A DNA stretch of 64,000 nucleotides from Sumerlaeia bacterium (GCA_040219255.1 JAVJSW010000068.1:273800-337799), one strand, 5' to 3'; shown: positions 37,335 to 48,011, counted from the stretch's first letter. Notes: a model not told the origin generated them from the letters alone. Made by a program: numbers and translations.

Positions 37335-38680
37335 TTAATCGATCAACTCATAGTATCCATACGTCTCAAGTCTCTTCACCTCATTAGGGAAAGAAAAATA
37401 GTGAACGGAGCCATCGGTTGCACCAAAAATCGAAGCAGGAGAAGTCTCTATGGAACCAAGTCCCCATAGAATTCCGTCCCCTTTTATCCACTCAACGTAA
37501 CTTACTTCACGCTCGTCTTCTACCAACCTAAAGTTCGCCGAAGGAACGTCTAGCAAAACTATCCAAACAGATTTATTCTCCTTGCCATTATTATATTTTA
37601 TAGCTCTACCCACTTCCTTCCAAACATCGCCGTATTTAGCGTCGATTCTTGGACAGAGGACAGAGATTGACGGCAACTTAGGAGGAGATTTGGGGCCCCA
37701 TTTGGTATCACACCAAGACCCGCATGGAAGGGCTTTGGGACAGTCGACTCCATCAAGAGCAGCGGCGGTATCTTCTACTGCATCATTAAAACCTGTTCCA
37801 GCCTCATGAACTATTTGCCCCATGATCGCAGCGGATGATCCAAAGCAATTTCTTAGTGCACAAGCCAAGAAACAATGAACCCATTTGTCGTCTCGTCCTC
37901 TTTCTCTGCCCTTCTTGTTTGCCCATCTCTTCCAATAGCTGGGAGAGAAACGGTTGAGGCTTATACATGGAGACCATAAGTTGCCTGTGGGGTCTGCGCG
38001 AAGAATTGGTTCATGTTCTGCGAAGGAGTAGGCATCCTCAATGTATGCTGGATACGGCGCCTCCGACAAAAACACCCCAATCTTCCCATTGTACCACCTC
38101 TGATACATATAAACCAACCCCACATCCCCATCGAACTCCTTGGTGAAGGACCCCCTGAAATGAACCACTTCCTTACTTCTCCATTAATCGTGGAGCACAG
38201 GCGCTGAGTTGTCCAGCTTGATCACCGCCAGACCAGTGCCGCCCTCTATTAGTCCTGTGGTTCACATCGGGGGCTCTTTGTGTTATGTCCCCAGCCACTC
38301 TGGCCGTTGGCGTTGGCCCAGAGGCCCGTGGCCCAGTTGTCCATCACGTTGCCGAAGGCGTCCTTGTACACTTCGCGCGAGAAGGCGCCGCTCGGGTTCG
38401 TGACGGTCATGACCGAGCCGACCTGGTCGTAGTGGAACCACGAGTCGGTGACGGCCGGCAGGGCAGCGACGGCGGGCTGGATAACGCGGTTGCGCAGGAT
38501 GTGGGCGATGCTGCCGGGGCCGATGACGTTGTGCTCGACGGTGACGGCGTTCGAGAGGCGGACGTCGTCCATATACAGGACCGGGTCGTAGGATTGAGGC
38601 CGGACCACAAGCCCATCGGTATCGACCCAGGTTTCGGAGGAATAGGCTTCGAAATCGGCGGCGACGTCGCGGGGCGGCGG
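37335..38680 (-). pseudogene. Headless Rhs core plus C-terminal toxin, interrupted by a 137-bp insertion
   Basis: WFHYDQVGSVMTVTNPSG..YKDAFGN..GWGHNTK joins KEFDGDVGLVYMYQRWY..ADPTG. The low-GC tail has DKWVHCFLAC. The 5' boundary is approximate. Confidence 0.82.
38144..38280. mobile_element. 137-bp MITE or IS remnant with IS3-like imperfect terminal inverted repeats
   Basis: Left end TGAAGGACCCCCTGAAATGAACCAC; right end (reverse complement) CAAAGAGCCCCCGATGTGAACCAC. Removing it restores GGA CAT AAC ACC AAG GAG TTC (GHNTKEF). Confidence 0.75.
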
Positions 38681-38771
38681 TTTGTGCGGGCGGCAACTCG
38701 GCATGCGTCGTTTCCGGGGTGGGACGTTGGGGATGATTATGCGCGGCGGGGGGGGCGTTGCCAATAGGTTT

Positions 38772-38795
38772 CCGCGTGAACGCGGGACTACGAAC
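38772..38795 (-). repeat. GTAG-type REP palindrome
   Basis: Reverse complement GTTCGTAGTCCCGCGTTCACGCGG; same family as 8714. Confidence 0.6.
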
Positions 38796-38896
38796 ACCCC
38801 GCCCCTCCCCTCCAAAAACACCTTGCCGTTCTTCGCCCCGCCTTTCAGGCGTGGGGGACGTTATTGCGAGACTTTGTCCGGGAAGCCCATACGCCC

Positions 38897-41518
38897 ATGT
38901 TCCGCCGCCGCCGATCCGATACTCCGACGACTGCTTTGATGCCGCATTGGCGCGGGGAGGAGCTTGAGGAGACGGGGGAGGTGGCTGGCTCGGCGGTGTC
39001 TGCGGAGGACGCGTGGCGGCCGGGGTTTGGGAATTTGGTGGCTCGGGGGGTTTGGTGGATTGGGGCGATGGTGATTTGTGCGGGGTTGACGGCGGCGGGG
39101 GCGGCGACGGGGGGGATGGCGGCTTGGTTGTTGGAGGGCCCGATGATTCGGGAGGTGGTGGAATACCGGCCGCCGGAGACGACAGTGCTGCTGGATCGGG
39201 AGGGGGCGGTGATGGCGACGTTGGCGACGGAGCGGCGGACGGTGATTGGGCTGCGCGAACTGCCGAGTTATCTGCCGGAGGCCTTTATCGCGATCGAGGA
39301 TACGAATTTCGCCTATCACATCGGGGTGGACCCGCGGGGGATCGTGCGGGCGGCGGTGATCAACGCGGTGGAGGGCCGGGCGGCGCAGGGGGCGAGCACG
39401 ATCACGCAGCAGTTGCCGCGCAATCTGCTGGAGTGGGTGGGGCGCGAGAAGACGATCCGGCGCAAGGCGCTGGAGGCGTTGGTGGCGCTGCGGATGGAGC
39501 GGCTGTATGCGAAGGATCAGATCCTGGAGGTGTACCTGAATCAGATTTATCTGGGGTCGGGGAATTACGGGGTCGAGGCGGCGGCGCAGGCGTATTTCGG
39601 CAAGAGCGCGGCGGAGGTGTCGCTGGCTGAGGCGGCCCTGCTGGGCGGTTTGCCTCAGTTGCCCGAGGTGTATTCGCCGCTGAACAATCCGGACCGGGCG
39701 CGCGAGCGTCGCGATGTGGTGCTGGCGCGGATGGAGGAGCTGGGGTGGATCACGGCGAAGGAGTACGGCGAGGCGGTGGCGGCTCCCGTGGTGCCGGAGG
39801 AGGGGCTGGAGCGGCCGCAGCGTCAAGCGGACGGGGGGTTTTTCCTGGACGGGGTGCGGCAGCAGTTGCGGGCGGACGCTCGCGTACCCGCCGGGGCATT
39901 GCGGGCGGCGGGTTGGCGCGTGGAAACGACGATGGACCCCGCAGCGCAATCGCTGGCGGAGGGCATCCTGGCGGAGGGGTTGGAGGAGGAAGAGGGGCAT
40001 TGGCTGGACGAGCGGCCGGAACGTTGGCGCCGGGCGCAGGCGGAGGGCGAGCAGCCGCGGCCGGAGAAGGGCGTCGTGGTGATGGCGGAGGTATTGCGGG
40101 TGTACGACGATTCGGGCGGGGGGCGGTCCTTCGCGGTGGAGCTGGCGACGGGGCAGCGGGCGACGCTCTCTGTGCCCGCGGCGACGGCGGGGTATTTCGA
40201 GGCGGTGGAGCCGGGCGACGGCGTGGATGTGGAAGTGACGGCGGCTCCGGAGGCGGGGTCGCGTTTGTTTCAGGGGCGCTTGCTGCCGGTGCACCGGTTG
40301 CAGGGCGCCCTGGTGGCGATGGACGCGGCATCGGGCGAGGTGCTGGCGCTGGCGGGCGGGCGGCGCTGGGGCGACCGGGCGAACGGGGGCTATTTCAACC
40401 GGGCGACGCGGGCGAAGAGGCAGGTGGGCTCGACGATCAAGCCCCTGGTTTTCGCCGCCGCCATGGAGGCGGGCTATACGCCGGCAAACGTGATCGACGA
40501 TGCGCCGCTGCGGTTCGCCGACGGGTACGAGCCGCTGAATTTCGAGCGGCGGTTCTTCGGGCCGACGACTTTGCAGGAGGCTCTCGAGCAGAGCCGCAAT
40601 GTGGTGACGGTGAAGCTGGCGCGCGAGGTGGGACTGGAGTCCATCGTTCGGGGCGTCGAGGCCTTCGATACGAGCGCCGCGCTGGGCAACGCGGCGTGGG
40701 ACCTGCCGCGCTATTACCCGGTGGTGCTGGGCAGCGAGAACGCGACGCCGCTGGAGATGGCGGCGGCCTATGCGCCGCTGGCGAATGGCGGGATGAGGGT
40801 CGAGCCGAGCCTGTGGCGCCGCGTGCGGATCGACACGGGCCAGGTGATCGAGGCGGAGGGCGCGGCGCCGAGGCGGCTGCTCTCGGCCCGCGCCGCCGCC
40901 CACATGGTCCAGATGATGGCAGGAGTCATGAGCCATGGCAGCGGCCGCATGGCGCGCGGGTACTTGCCGCCGGAGCTGCGCAATGCCTGCGGAGGCAAGA
41001 GCGGCACGACCAACGACACGAAGGATTCGTGGTTCGTGGGCTTCGCCCCCGGTCGCGATGGGCCGATCACGGTGGCGGTCTGGATCGGTTTCGACCACCC
41101 GCTGCCGCTCGGCCCGCATCGGACCGGCGGACGGTCGGCGGGGCCGATCTGGGGGCAGTTCGTGGCGGCGTACTGGCGGGCCGTGGCGCCCATCGCCACG
41201 CGCGAGCCCCGGTTGCCCCTGCCCGCGGGTTGGGAAGCGGTGCCCATCGACGAAGACACCGGCTATCGCGCGGAAGTGGCCGGTGCCGGAGACAGCGTCA
41301 AATGGCACGTGTACCCGGCCGGCACCGCCCCCGGCCTGGCCCCGCCGCCCGCTCCCGAGCCCCTGCCGGTGTACGGCCCGGGCGGCCTGGAGGGCCTGAT
41401 CGTGGACGGCGTGGTGGTGCCGGCGGAGGCGTTGACGACGGAGACGCTGCGGGCGTTCGCTCCGGCGGGCGATGGGGTGACGACGGGCGGGTTGGTGGTG
41501 CCTCGGGGGGATGGGTGA
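38897..41518 (+). CDS. Class A penicillin-binding protein (PBP1A family)
   Basis: Glycosyltransferase motifs EDTNF..H.GVD, GASTITQQL, RKALE and KDQILEVYLN; transpeptidase motifs STIK, SRN and KSGT. Start codon uncertain. Confidence 0.93.
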   Translation: MFRRRRSDTPTTALMPHWRGEELEETGEVAGSAVSAEDAWRPGFGNLVARGVWWIGAMVICAGLTAAGAATGGMAAWLLEGPMIREVVEYRPPETTVLLDREGAVMATLATERRTVIGLRELPSYLPEAFIAIEDTNFAYHIGVDPRGIVRAAVINAVEGRAAQGASTITQQLPRNLLEWVGREKTIRRKALEALVALRMERLYAKDQILEVYLNQIYLGSGNYGVEAAAQAYFGKSAAEVSLAEAALLGGLPQLPEVYSPLNNPDRARERRDVVLARMEELGWITAKEYGEAVAAPVVPEEGLERPQRQADGGFFLDGVRQQLRADARVPAGALRAAGWRVETTMDPAAQSLAEGILAEGLEEEEGHWLDERPERWRRAQAEGEQPRPEKGVVVMAEVLRVYDDSGGGRSFAVELATGQRATLSVPAATAGYFEAVEPGDGVDVEVTAAPEAGSRLFQGRLLPVHRLQGALVAMDAASGEVLALAGGRRWGDRANGGYFNRATRAKRQVGSTIKPLVFAAAMEAGYTPANVIDDAPLRFADGYEPLNFERRFFGPTTLQEALEQSRNVVTVKLAREVGLESIVRGVEAFDTSAALGNAAWDLPRYYPVVLGSENATPLEMAAAYAPLANGGMRVEPSLWRRVRIDTGQVIEAEGAAPRRLLSARAAAHMVQMMAGVMSHGSGRMARGYLPPELRNACGGKSGTTNDTKDSWFVGFAPGRDGPITVAVWIGFDHPLPLGPHRTGGRSAGPIWGQFVAAYWRAVAPIATREPRLPLPAGWEAVPIDEDTGYRAEVAGAGDSVKWHVYPAGTAPGLAPPPAPEPLPVYGPGGLEGLIVDGVVVPAEALTTETLRAFAPAGDGVTTGGLVVPRGDG

Positions 41519-41559
41519 GGGGGTGAGGATACCTTTCATACCGCAACCAAGATTAGTAA

Positions 41560-44500
41560 TTAATCCAAGATCCTCGCTCGAATCTCTAAATTGTCTGCTT
41601 CCATTCGAATCGGATGTAGGCTGACATGTTCATTCACTATGTAATTGTCGTTTCCCTGGACAAAAGCCCAGGCAAAGAACTGCGTCTGGATAGGATCTCT
41701 AACTTCTGCCGAAGTCATTGGTATCCTCCTGTTTAGCGACTCAGGACCCCACTCGTTCTGTACAATCCCGTTGGTCAGATAGGCCATTCTGGGAATGCCA
41801 TGCTCATCAAGGACAAGCCGAGAGCCAGAATTCATCGCCAAGTCGCCTTCGAAACGTGGGTCCCAATCGTAGAGTTTCCTTATAGGAAAATCCAACTCTT
41901 CTGAACCGAAATAAAATTCAAATTCATCCATCCAGCAGCCTCCGAAGGTGGACCCCCAGTTAACCGGTATGCCGGAGGGATCGTAGAAGTCGAAGCTCCT
42001 CACATTAAGTATATCAGAAAATCCCATGGCGCCAGAATAACTAGAGGAGATCCATTGGTTGGGATCATCCCTATGTGTGGTGCTGTAAACATAGGGAAAC
42101 TTATGCACCACCCAAAGGTTTTGCCCCCATTCGGAGTAGGGTTCGGGGGTCTGTTGGAAAAGGCCGGGGTCCTTTATAAGAAGATCAAGTTTTACTTCAA
42201 AGCTCTTGACTGCCGCAAAATCAAAAGGCCAGCCCCAGGATATTGTCTGCTCGCCCGTGGTGAGTCTGCCAGTTTCAAAGACATAGGGAGCCGTCGTAGC
42301 AAACACAAGCTTCCCGTTTTCGATCGTAATGGTTCCACCGAAATCTGGAACGCCTGCTGGCATATAGGTCTGTGCCACTGACGCATAGGACATAGTAAAA
42401 GCAGGGTCGGAAAAGTCGTCAACCCAAAGGATGTCATAAAATATTTTCACCCTCCAACCATTTCCCCAGTGAGCGTCTATTGTCCCTTCGTCATCAAAAA
42501 AACTTACTCTGAAATCATGCTTGGCGTCGGAGGGGATAGTGATGTCGAATTGCCACTCATCGCCGGTCCACGTGCCAGCTACCTCATGAACAGCCTCTTG
42601 AGACAAGTCCTTCTTGAACAGGAATCGCGCCATTACCTCCGGAGAGTTCTCTAACGGTCTCTGTCTCGGATTGTAAAAGACATGAGCCTCTTCGCCTGCC
42701 GCGGGATTTTCTGGTTCACACTGGACGATATCAAGCTCAGAGCCTTTGTAAATTGATTGACTAATAATTGGACTGTGCTTCCCATCAAAGCTGAAAGCTT
42801 GGACAAAGAATGTTCTGTAGATCGATGTTCCGAATTGGGATTGGGAATAGCTCCATTCCTCTGCACCATCTGCGGGATACCATGATGATTGGTAGTCTTC
42901 GCTAACCAACACCTCGCTGATCGGTGCCCCTTTAGAACTGGCCTGGCCCGATATAGTAATCTCTCCGGATGGATACCACCACCAAGGTGTGATGATGGTA
43001 GACTCGGGTGGTGAGGTTATAGTGACATCAACATCGGCCTTTGTTACCCGTCTCGATTCGACGCGACTTACTGCTCCCTCTTCGGTCCAAGCCCGCACTT
43101 CAATGAGGGTTGTGCTGTTGTCAATTAGATAGGGAACAATAAAATCCCAGGCATTTGTTCCAGAAGCTGCCTGCCAATTTCCCCCATTTATACCCCATTC
43201 GACCAGCCTGATTGTACCCTCAAGGGCTTCGGCTGAACCAAAAAATCTCACGCTTGTTGTCGATAGAGGATACCAGGGGTCGACCTCTGGTGAGTCGATT
43301 GTCACCCGAACTCGAGGGGTGCCGCGCGTGATGATGCGTTTGACACTCGCAACATAGGGACCGTTCCCGAGCAGAGCCTGAACCTCAATCGTATTCACTC
43401 CCTCTTCTAGTTCTCCTGCGACGAAGCTCCAGGACGGAATAGGGCCCATATCGTGCCATCTCTTTGATCCAATGCGCCAACGAACATTCCCTAGTTCCTG
43501 AGCAGGAAAATTGGCAGTCCCATAAAAAACATACTGGGTAGTCTCGGCGGACAAGATGATGTCAGTTGAGGGATCAGCAATAAGTAAACCTGGAGACAGT
43601 TCCGTCCAAATCGGCTCGAACGCCAATTGAAAAGTATTGGATTCCAGTTGTTTTATGATTGGCAAAGGTGGTTTCAAGTCAAGGCCCGCCAGATTATCCA
43701 ACGCCGTCAGCGTATAGTCCCCCAGCGGCATTTCCTCGACCAGGCTGCGGGTGCCTTGGCCTTCAAGGCGGTAGCCTCCGGGGCCGGTGAGGATCCAGGC
43801 GCCTTCGTCGGGGGTGGGGGTGATGCGGATTTCCGGCGGGGTCGGTTGGTCGCCGGGCAGGTATTGGCCGGTCAGGGGGGCGATGCTGGCGCCTTCTAAT
43901 GTGTAGGCCATGATGCGGGGTTTTTGCCAGCCCTCGATATCGTCGAAACCGATGAAGTAGCGCCCCGCCGGGATCCAGGGCAGGTCGCGGGTGGTGCCGG
44001 TGCCTTCGAGGAAGATGTGGCCGTTGGTCTCGCCGCCGCCGTCGATGCGCCAGCGGGCGATGGTCTCCACCTCGGCCGGTTTGATGACCACGTAAAGTTG
44101 CCCTTCCTTGCCCCGCCAGTTCAGGTGCCGCGTGACCCGTTCGTTGGGCGGAAGGGTGAAGGTATGCACCGCGGGGAAGGGCAGGTCCATCGACGGATCT
44201 TCGGTCAGTTCATGGGCCGTCAGGGTGCAGGCTCCGGGCGGTACGGAGGCGACGGTGCGCGTGCCGCGCCCTTCGAAGACAAAACCGCCGGAGGCCTCAA
44301 GGGTCCACCGGCCTTGGTAATCGTTGGTCACGACTTCGATGGTGCTCGATTCGCGGAAGACGCCGCGATAGGGCGTGCGCAGACCGTCGGCTGTGTTCAC
44401 CAGGGTGAAGGAGAAGCCGTAGTCGCCGGCGGGCGCGGTGTCTTTGCGGGTGAAGGTGGCGGAGAGAACCGGCCCCGAGGCGTTCGACGACACCCCGACG

Positions 44501-46335
44501 TGGGGGTCGCCGCTCTCGATGCGGTAGGCGGCGGTGTCGGCTTCGGCGATGGTTTCCGCGCGGTGAAAGGTGCGGATCGAATCGAGGGTTTCGCTGCCGA
44601 GGAGGAACGTGGCGATTTTTTCGAGGACGCCGCTGACCCGGCTGATGGGTGCGGCGACTTCCGGCGGGCAATTGGTGCGCCGGGCGTTGACGCCAAAGCG
44701 TTTGGGTTCTCCAGAGGTCACGGCGATGGTCTTGGTCTCGGCGGCGGCGGCGCCCTTTTCGTCGAGCAGCGTCAGCACGTTGGATTCGGTGATGAACTCG
44801 TCATAGGCGGCCTCGAGCGCATCGATCAATTCGCTGACGTTGTAGATGAGGGCGGCGGTTGCCGCTACCAGACCCACAGTGCCCAGGCCGCCGGTGACCC
44901 CGGTGGTGGCGGTGAACGCGATGACCGCCTGATAGCTGCTGTAAGTCAAAATGGCGTAGCGCACGACGCGCTTGTGCACGGGGCGCAGGGCTTTCTGGTC
45001 ATCGGCCTCGCCCAAGAGTGCGTTCGCCTGAAGGAAGCGAAGAGTCGTCAGCGCTTCGTCCTCGCTCAGGGCGGAAACGGCGCCGCGTTCGCGTGCGAGA
45101 TCGGCGAGCGCCGCGCGCAGATCCGGCAGAGACGGATGCTGGGCGTCCGCGTTTTCGAGGTCGGCGAGGAGGGCCTCGATGGCGGCCATCATGGCGTCCA
45201 GCTCCGCCACCAGGGCGCCCTTCACATCGTCCACCGGCGGGGCTTCGGCGACTTCGATGGCCCGCACGACGCCTTCGCGGCCGGGCACGGCGATCGCCAG
45301 ATCGAAGGTGCCCGCAGGCGTGTCCGGCGGGATTGTGAACAGCGCCAGGCCATCGGGCGTCACGGGGAGATTGGCCGCCTCGCCCCGGAACTGCGCCACC
45401 AGGGTTGTGGCTCCATCGAGCGGCACCACCGACACAAAGGCCAGCACCTGGCCCGGCAGGTACGGCCCCGGCACCGTCGTCAGCACCAGCCCGTCGCTGC
45501 TGCCGTCATCCACGGGCGCCGTCCATCGGAACCCATCGTGGGCCAGCAGTTGGCCGTCCAGGGCGAGCAGTTCGAAAAGCAGATCGTGGGTTCCCGCCGC
45601 CAGCGGCACGGGCACGTCTCCGGAGGTCCAATCGACCACCGGCACCCGGCCCACCGAGGCCCTGAGGACCGAGTCCACGCCGACGGAGGCGCCTTCGGCT
45701 TCGGCGCGGAAGACGAAGGTGGCGGTGTCCTGGCCCGGAGCCAGCACCGCCGGCACGGGGCTGGTCGGCGTTTCTCCGACCGACAGCGCCGCCGGCAAGG
45801 CCTCGACATCGCGCACCACGTCGGCCGAGTCCACCTCGCCGTCGCGGTTGGCGTCCGGTCCCTGGGCCACGCACGGCAGGCTGGCGTTGTCCGACCAGCC
45901 CAGAACATAGCCCGCGATCACGTTCTCTGGAGCCGGAGCATGGATGGTAAAGGTCAGTTCCGCCGGCACCGCATAGGCGTCGCCCGAAAGCGAAGCGATC
46001 CCGGCCCCTTCGGCTTCGATCCGCAGCACATACGCGCCCGGTTCGCGGGTCACGGCGCACAGGAGCAGGCGCACTTCGCGCCCGTCGAGGAACTCCATCG
46101 GCACCACCGCCAAATCCACCGGCGCCCCATCGCGAGTCAGCGTCACGTCCTCGCGCCCCAGGCCCGTCACCTCCTGATCGAACAGTGCCGTGACATAGCC
46201 AACGGGCAGATGGCGAGGGCCCTCGCGCAGCGGCAGGAACGCCGCCGTCGGCGCCCACTGGGCCGCCACGGGAGCGACGGCTCCGGCGAGCATCCCCGCA
46301 AGAATCGCAACCAGGAATCGAAAACGAGGACGCAT
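41560..46335 (-). CDS. Large secreted multidomain surface protein (Ig-like repeats, dockerin-like motif, CBM-like module)
   Basis: Signal peptide; DANRDGEVDSADVV; Ig-like repeats (LEEGVNTIEVQA, TLIEVRAW); PENPAAGEEAHVFYN resembles a CBM53/CBM25 module. The 3' ~2.1 kb is much lower in GC. Confidence 0.8.
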   Translation of the reverse strand: MRPRFRFLVAILAGMLAGAVAPVAAQWAPTAAFLPLREGPRHLPVGYVTALFDQEVTGLGREDVTLTRDGAPVDLAVVPMEFLDGREVRLLLCAVTREPGAYVLRIEAEGAGIASLSGDAYAVPAELTFTIHAPAPENVIAGYVLGWSDNASLPCVAQGPDANRDGEVDSADVVRDVEALPAALSVGETPTSPVPAVLAPGQDTATFVFRAEAEGASVGVDSVLRASVGRVPVVDWTSGDVPVPLAAGTHDLLFELLALDGQLLAHDGFRWTAPVDDGSSDGLVLTTVPGPYLPGQVLAFVSVVPLDGATTLVAQFRGEAANLPVTPDGLALFTIPPDTPAGTFDLAIAVPGREGVVRAIEVAEAPPVDDVKGALVAELDAMMAAIEALLADLENADAQHPSLPDLRAALADLARERGAVSALSEDEALTTLRFLQANALLGEADDQKALRPVHKRVVRYAILTYSSYQAVIAFTATTGVTGGLGTVGLVAATAALIYNVSELIDALEAAYDEFITESNVLTLLDEKGAAAAETKTIAVTSGEPKRFGVNARRTNCPPEVAAPISRVSGVLEKIATFLLGSETLDSIRTFHRAETIAEADTAAYRIESGDPHVGVSSNASGPVLSATFTRKDTAPAGDYGFSFTLVNTADGLRTPYRGVFRESSTIEVVTNDYQGRWTLEASGGFVFEGRGTRTVASVPPGACTLTAHELTEDPSMDLPFPAVHTFTLPPNERVTRHLNWRGKEGQLYVVIKPAEVETIARWRIDGGGETNGHIFLEGTGTTRDLPWIPAGRYFIGFDDIEGWQKPRIMAYTLEGASIAPLTGQYLPGDQPTPPEIRITPTPDEGAWILTGPGGYRLEGQGTRSLVEEMPLGDYTLTALDNLAGLDLKPPLPIIKQLESNTFQLAFEPIWTELSPGLLIADPSTDIILSAETTQYVFYGTANFPAQELGNVRWRIGSKRWHDMGPIPSWSFVAGELEEGVNTIEVQALLGNGPYVASVKRIITRGTPRVRVTIDSPEVDPWYPLSTTSVRFFGSAEALEGTIRLVEWGINGGNWQAASGTNAWDFIVPYLIDNSTTLIEVRAWTEEGAVSRVESRRVTKADVDVTITSPPESTIITPWWWYPSGEITISGQASSKGAPISEVLVSEDYQSSWYPADGAEEWSYSQSQFGTSIYRTFFVQAFSFDGKHSPIISQSIYKGSELDIVQCEPENPAAGEEAHVFYNPRQRPLENSPEVMARFLFKKDLSQEAVHEVAGTWTGDEWQFDITIPSDAKHDFRVSFFDDEGTIDAHWGNGWRVKIFYDILWVDDFSDPAFTMSYASVAQTYMPAGVPDFGGTITIENGKLVFATTAPYVFETGRLTTGEQTISWGWPFDFAAVKSFEVKLDLLIKDPGLFQQTPEPYSEWGQNLWVVHKFPYVYSTTHRDDPNQWISSSYSGAMGFSDILNVRSFDFYDPSGIPVNWGSTFGGCWMDEFEFYFGSEELDFPIRKLYDWDPRFEGDLAMNSGSRLVLDEHGIPRMAYLTNGIVQNEWGPESLNRRIPMTSAEVRDPIQTQFFAWAFVQGNDNYIVNEHVSLHPIRMEADNLEIRARILD

Positions 46336-46604
46336 GGGAAAACACCTTTCATCGGAACAGCAAATCAACACTAAGTCTTATCTGATTTATCTGCAAAAAT
46401 GCGGGACGGGGAGCAATTCGAAAGGCGTTTCGTGTCCCGATTGAAGTAAGCTTAGCTCAAGATCCGGTGACAAGCGCTGCCCCCCTTTCCCCCAATCTTC
46501 GCCCCGCCGCTCGAATACAGCTTGATCAGAGGCGGCCGCGAATCGTAGAGGACAAGGGCTGCTGATCGCTCCCGCTCCCCCGCCCCGAGAGTCCCCCCGC
46601 CCCC

Positions 46605-47966
46605 ATGGATATCGCTTCGCGCCTGGACGCGCTGTTTCTGAAGAAAAAGCTGTACGAACCGCCCGCCCCCACCGAGGCGCCGCCGCGCCGCGATGCCGGG
46701 CCCTGGCCCGAGCGCGCCGAGCGGTTTCTCGCCGCCTTTCACGGCGCCCGCATCGAGGAGCGCGGCGGGGCGGATTGCCGGGTGATTCGCATGCGGACGG
46801 ACATTGCCGTCGGCGACGAGGCTGGCGCCTACAGCCTGCCGATGCGGTGGCACGGGGATTTGGGGGTGCTGGGGGCGGAGCTGCCGCCGGACCTGGGTCT
46901 GGGCGAGGTGGCGTATCTGGATACGGAGACGACGGGGCTGAGTCGCGGGTCGGGCACGATCGCTTTTCTGATCGGCATCGGGTGGTTCGAATCGCCGGAG
47001 CGGTTCGCCGTGGAGCTGCTGTTTGCCGAGGATTTCTGCCACGAGCGCGCGCTGCTCGAGGCGGCGCTGGAGCGGCTGCGGCCGTTCCGCGCGCTGGCGA
47101 CGTACAATGGCGCGGGGTTCGATCTGCCGCTGCTGCGCACGCGGGCGGTGATGAATCGGATGCGGCCGAGCGACTGGCGCTGGCCCCACCTGGATTTGCT
47201 CCCGTGGGCGCGGCGGCTGTGGAAGGGCGCGTTCGAGAACTGCCGCCTGGGCACGATCGAGCGCCGCGTGCTGGGCATCGCGCGCACCCGCGATGTGGCC
47301 GACAGCGCCGAAATCCCCGCGCTGTGGCAGGCCTTCGCCCGCGATGGCGACCCGGCGCGGCTGGGCGATGTATTCGCCCACAACATCCAGGACATCGCGA
47401 CGCTGGGCGCACTGGCGCATCACGCGGCGGGGCTGCGCGCGCGGTGCGAGGAGCCGGGGGTTCTGGCGTGGCGGACGGAGTTTTGGGGCCTGGCGCGGTT
47501 GTTCGAACGCGAGGGCGATTGCGCCCGCGGGGCGGCCCTGATGGCGATGGCGGCGCGGGCGGAATGGGCGGATGGCGAGGCCACGGCGGCCGAAGCCGAC
47601 GCGTTCGCCATGGAGGAAGCGCGGCTGTGGCGCCGGGCCGGCATGCTCCAGCGGGCGGCGGTGCTATGGCGCGGGATGCTGGCGCGGCCGCTGGCGAGCG
47701 CCTGGCCGGCCTGGATCGAGTTGGCGAAACACCTGGAGCACCGCGAGCGGGCGTGGGACGAGGCCCTGCGGCTGGTAGAGGGTGCGTTGCGGCAACTGGA
47801 GTTGGAAGAGGACTTGGCCAGCCTGACGGGCCGCGCGGCGGGGGCGTCGTGCCCCGTGGCGGTGCGGGACGATTTGCGCAAGCGAGCCGCGCGCCTGCGC
47901 CGCAAACACGCCAGCTCGGGCGCGGGATCTGGCGAAAATGTGGCAGGTGCGGGGCTTTCTCCTTGA
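46605..47966 (+). CDS. YprB-like RNase H-like (DEDD) nuclease with C-terminal TPR
   Basis: YLDTETTGL..GSGTIAFLIG, TYNGAGFDLPLL, HLDLL, HNIQDI and IELAKHLEHR. Confidence 0.9.
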   Translation: MDIASRLDALFLKKKLYEPPAPTEAPPRRDAGPWPERAERFLAAFHGARIEERGGADCRVIRMRTDIAVGDEAGAYSLPMRWHGDLGVLGAELPPDLGLGEVAYLDTETTGLSRGSGTIAFLIGIGWFESPERFAVELLFAEDFCHERALLEAALERLRPFRALATYNGAGFDLPLLRTRAVMNRMRPSDWRWPHLDLLPWARRLWKGAFENCRLGTIERRVLGIARTRDVADSAEIPALWQAFARDGDPARLGDVFAHNIQDIATLGALAHHAAGLRARCEEPGVLAWRTEFWGLARLFEREGDCARGAALMAMAARAEWADGEATAAEADAFAMEEARLWRRAGMLQRAAVLWRGMLARPLASAWPAWIELAKHLEHRERAWDEALRLVEGALRQLELEEDLASLTGRAAGASCPVAVRDDLRKRAARLRRKHASSGAGSGENVAGAGLSP

Positions 47967-47990
47967 CCGCCGCGCCCCCTTCCCCATCAT
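47963..47990 (+). promoter_or_regulatory. Probable promoter of tRNA-Cys
   Basis: TTGACC-16 bp-CATCAT, about 20 bp upstream of the tRNA. Confidence 0.45.
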
Positions 47991-48011
47991 GCCTTTCCCC
48001 TGCGGCATCGA

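Noticed and set aside
35863-38700. Integron with toxin cassettes
   Set aside because: The recombinase lacks the IntI-specific insertion, the genes are downstream and convergent, and no attC sites were recognised.
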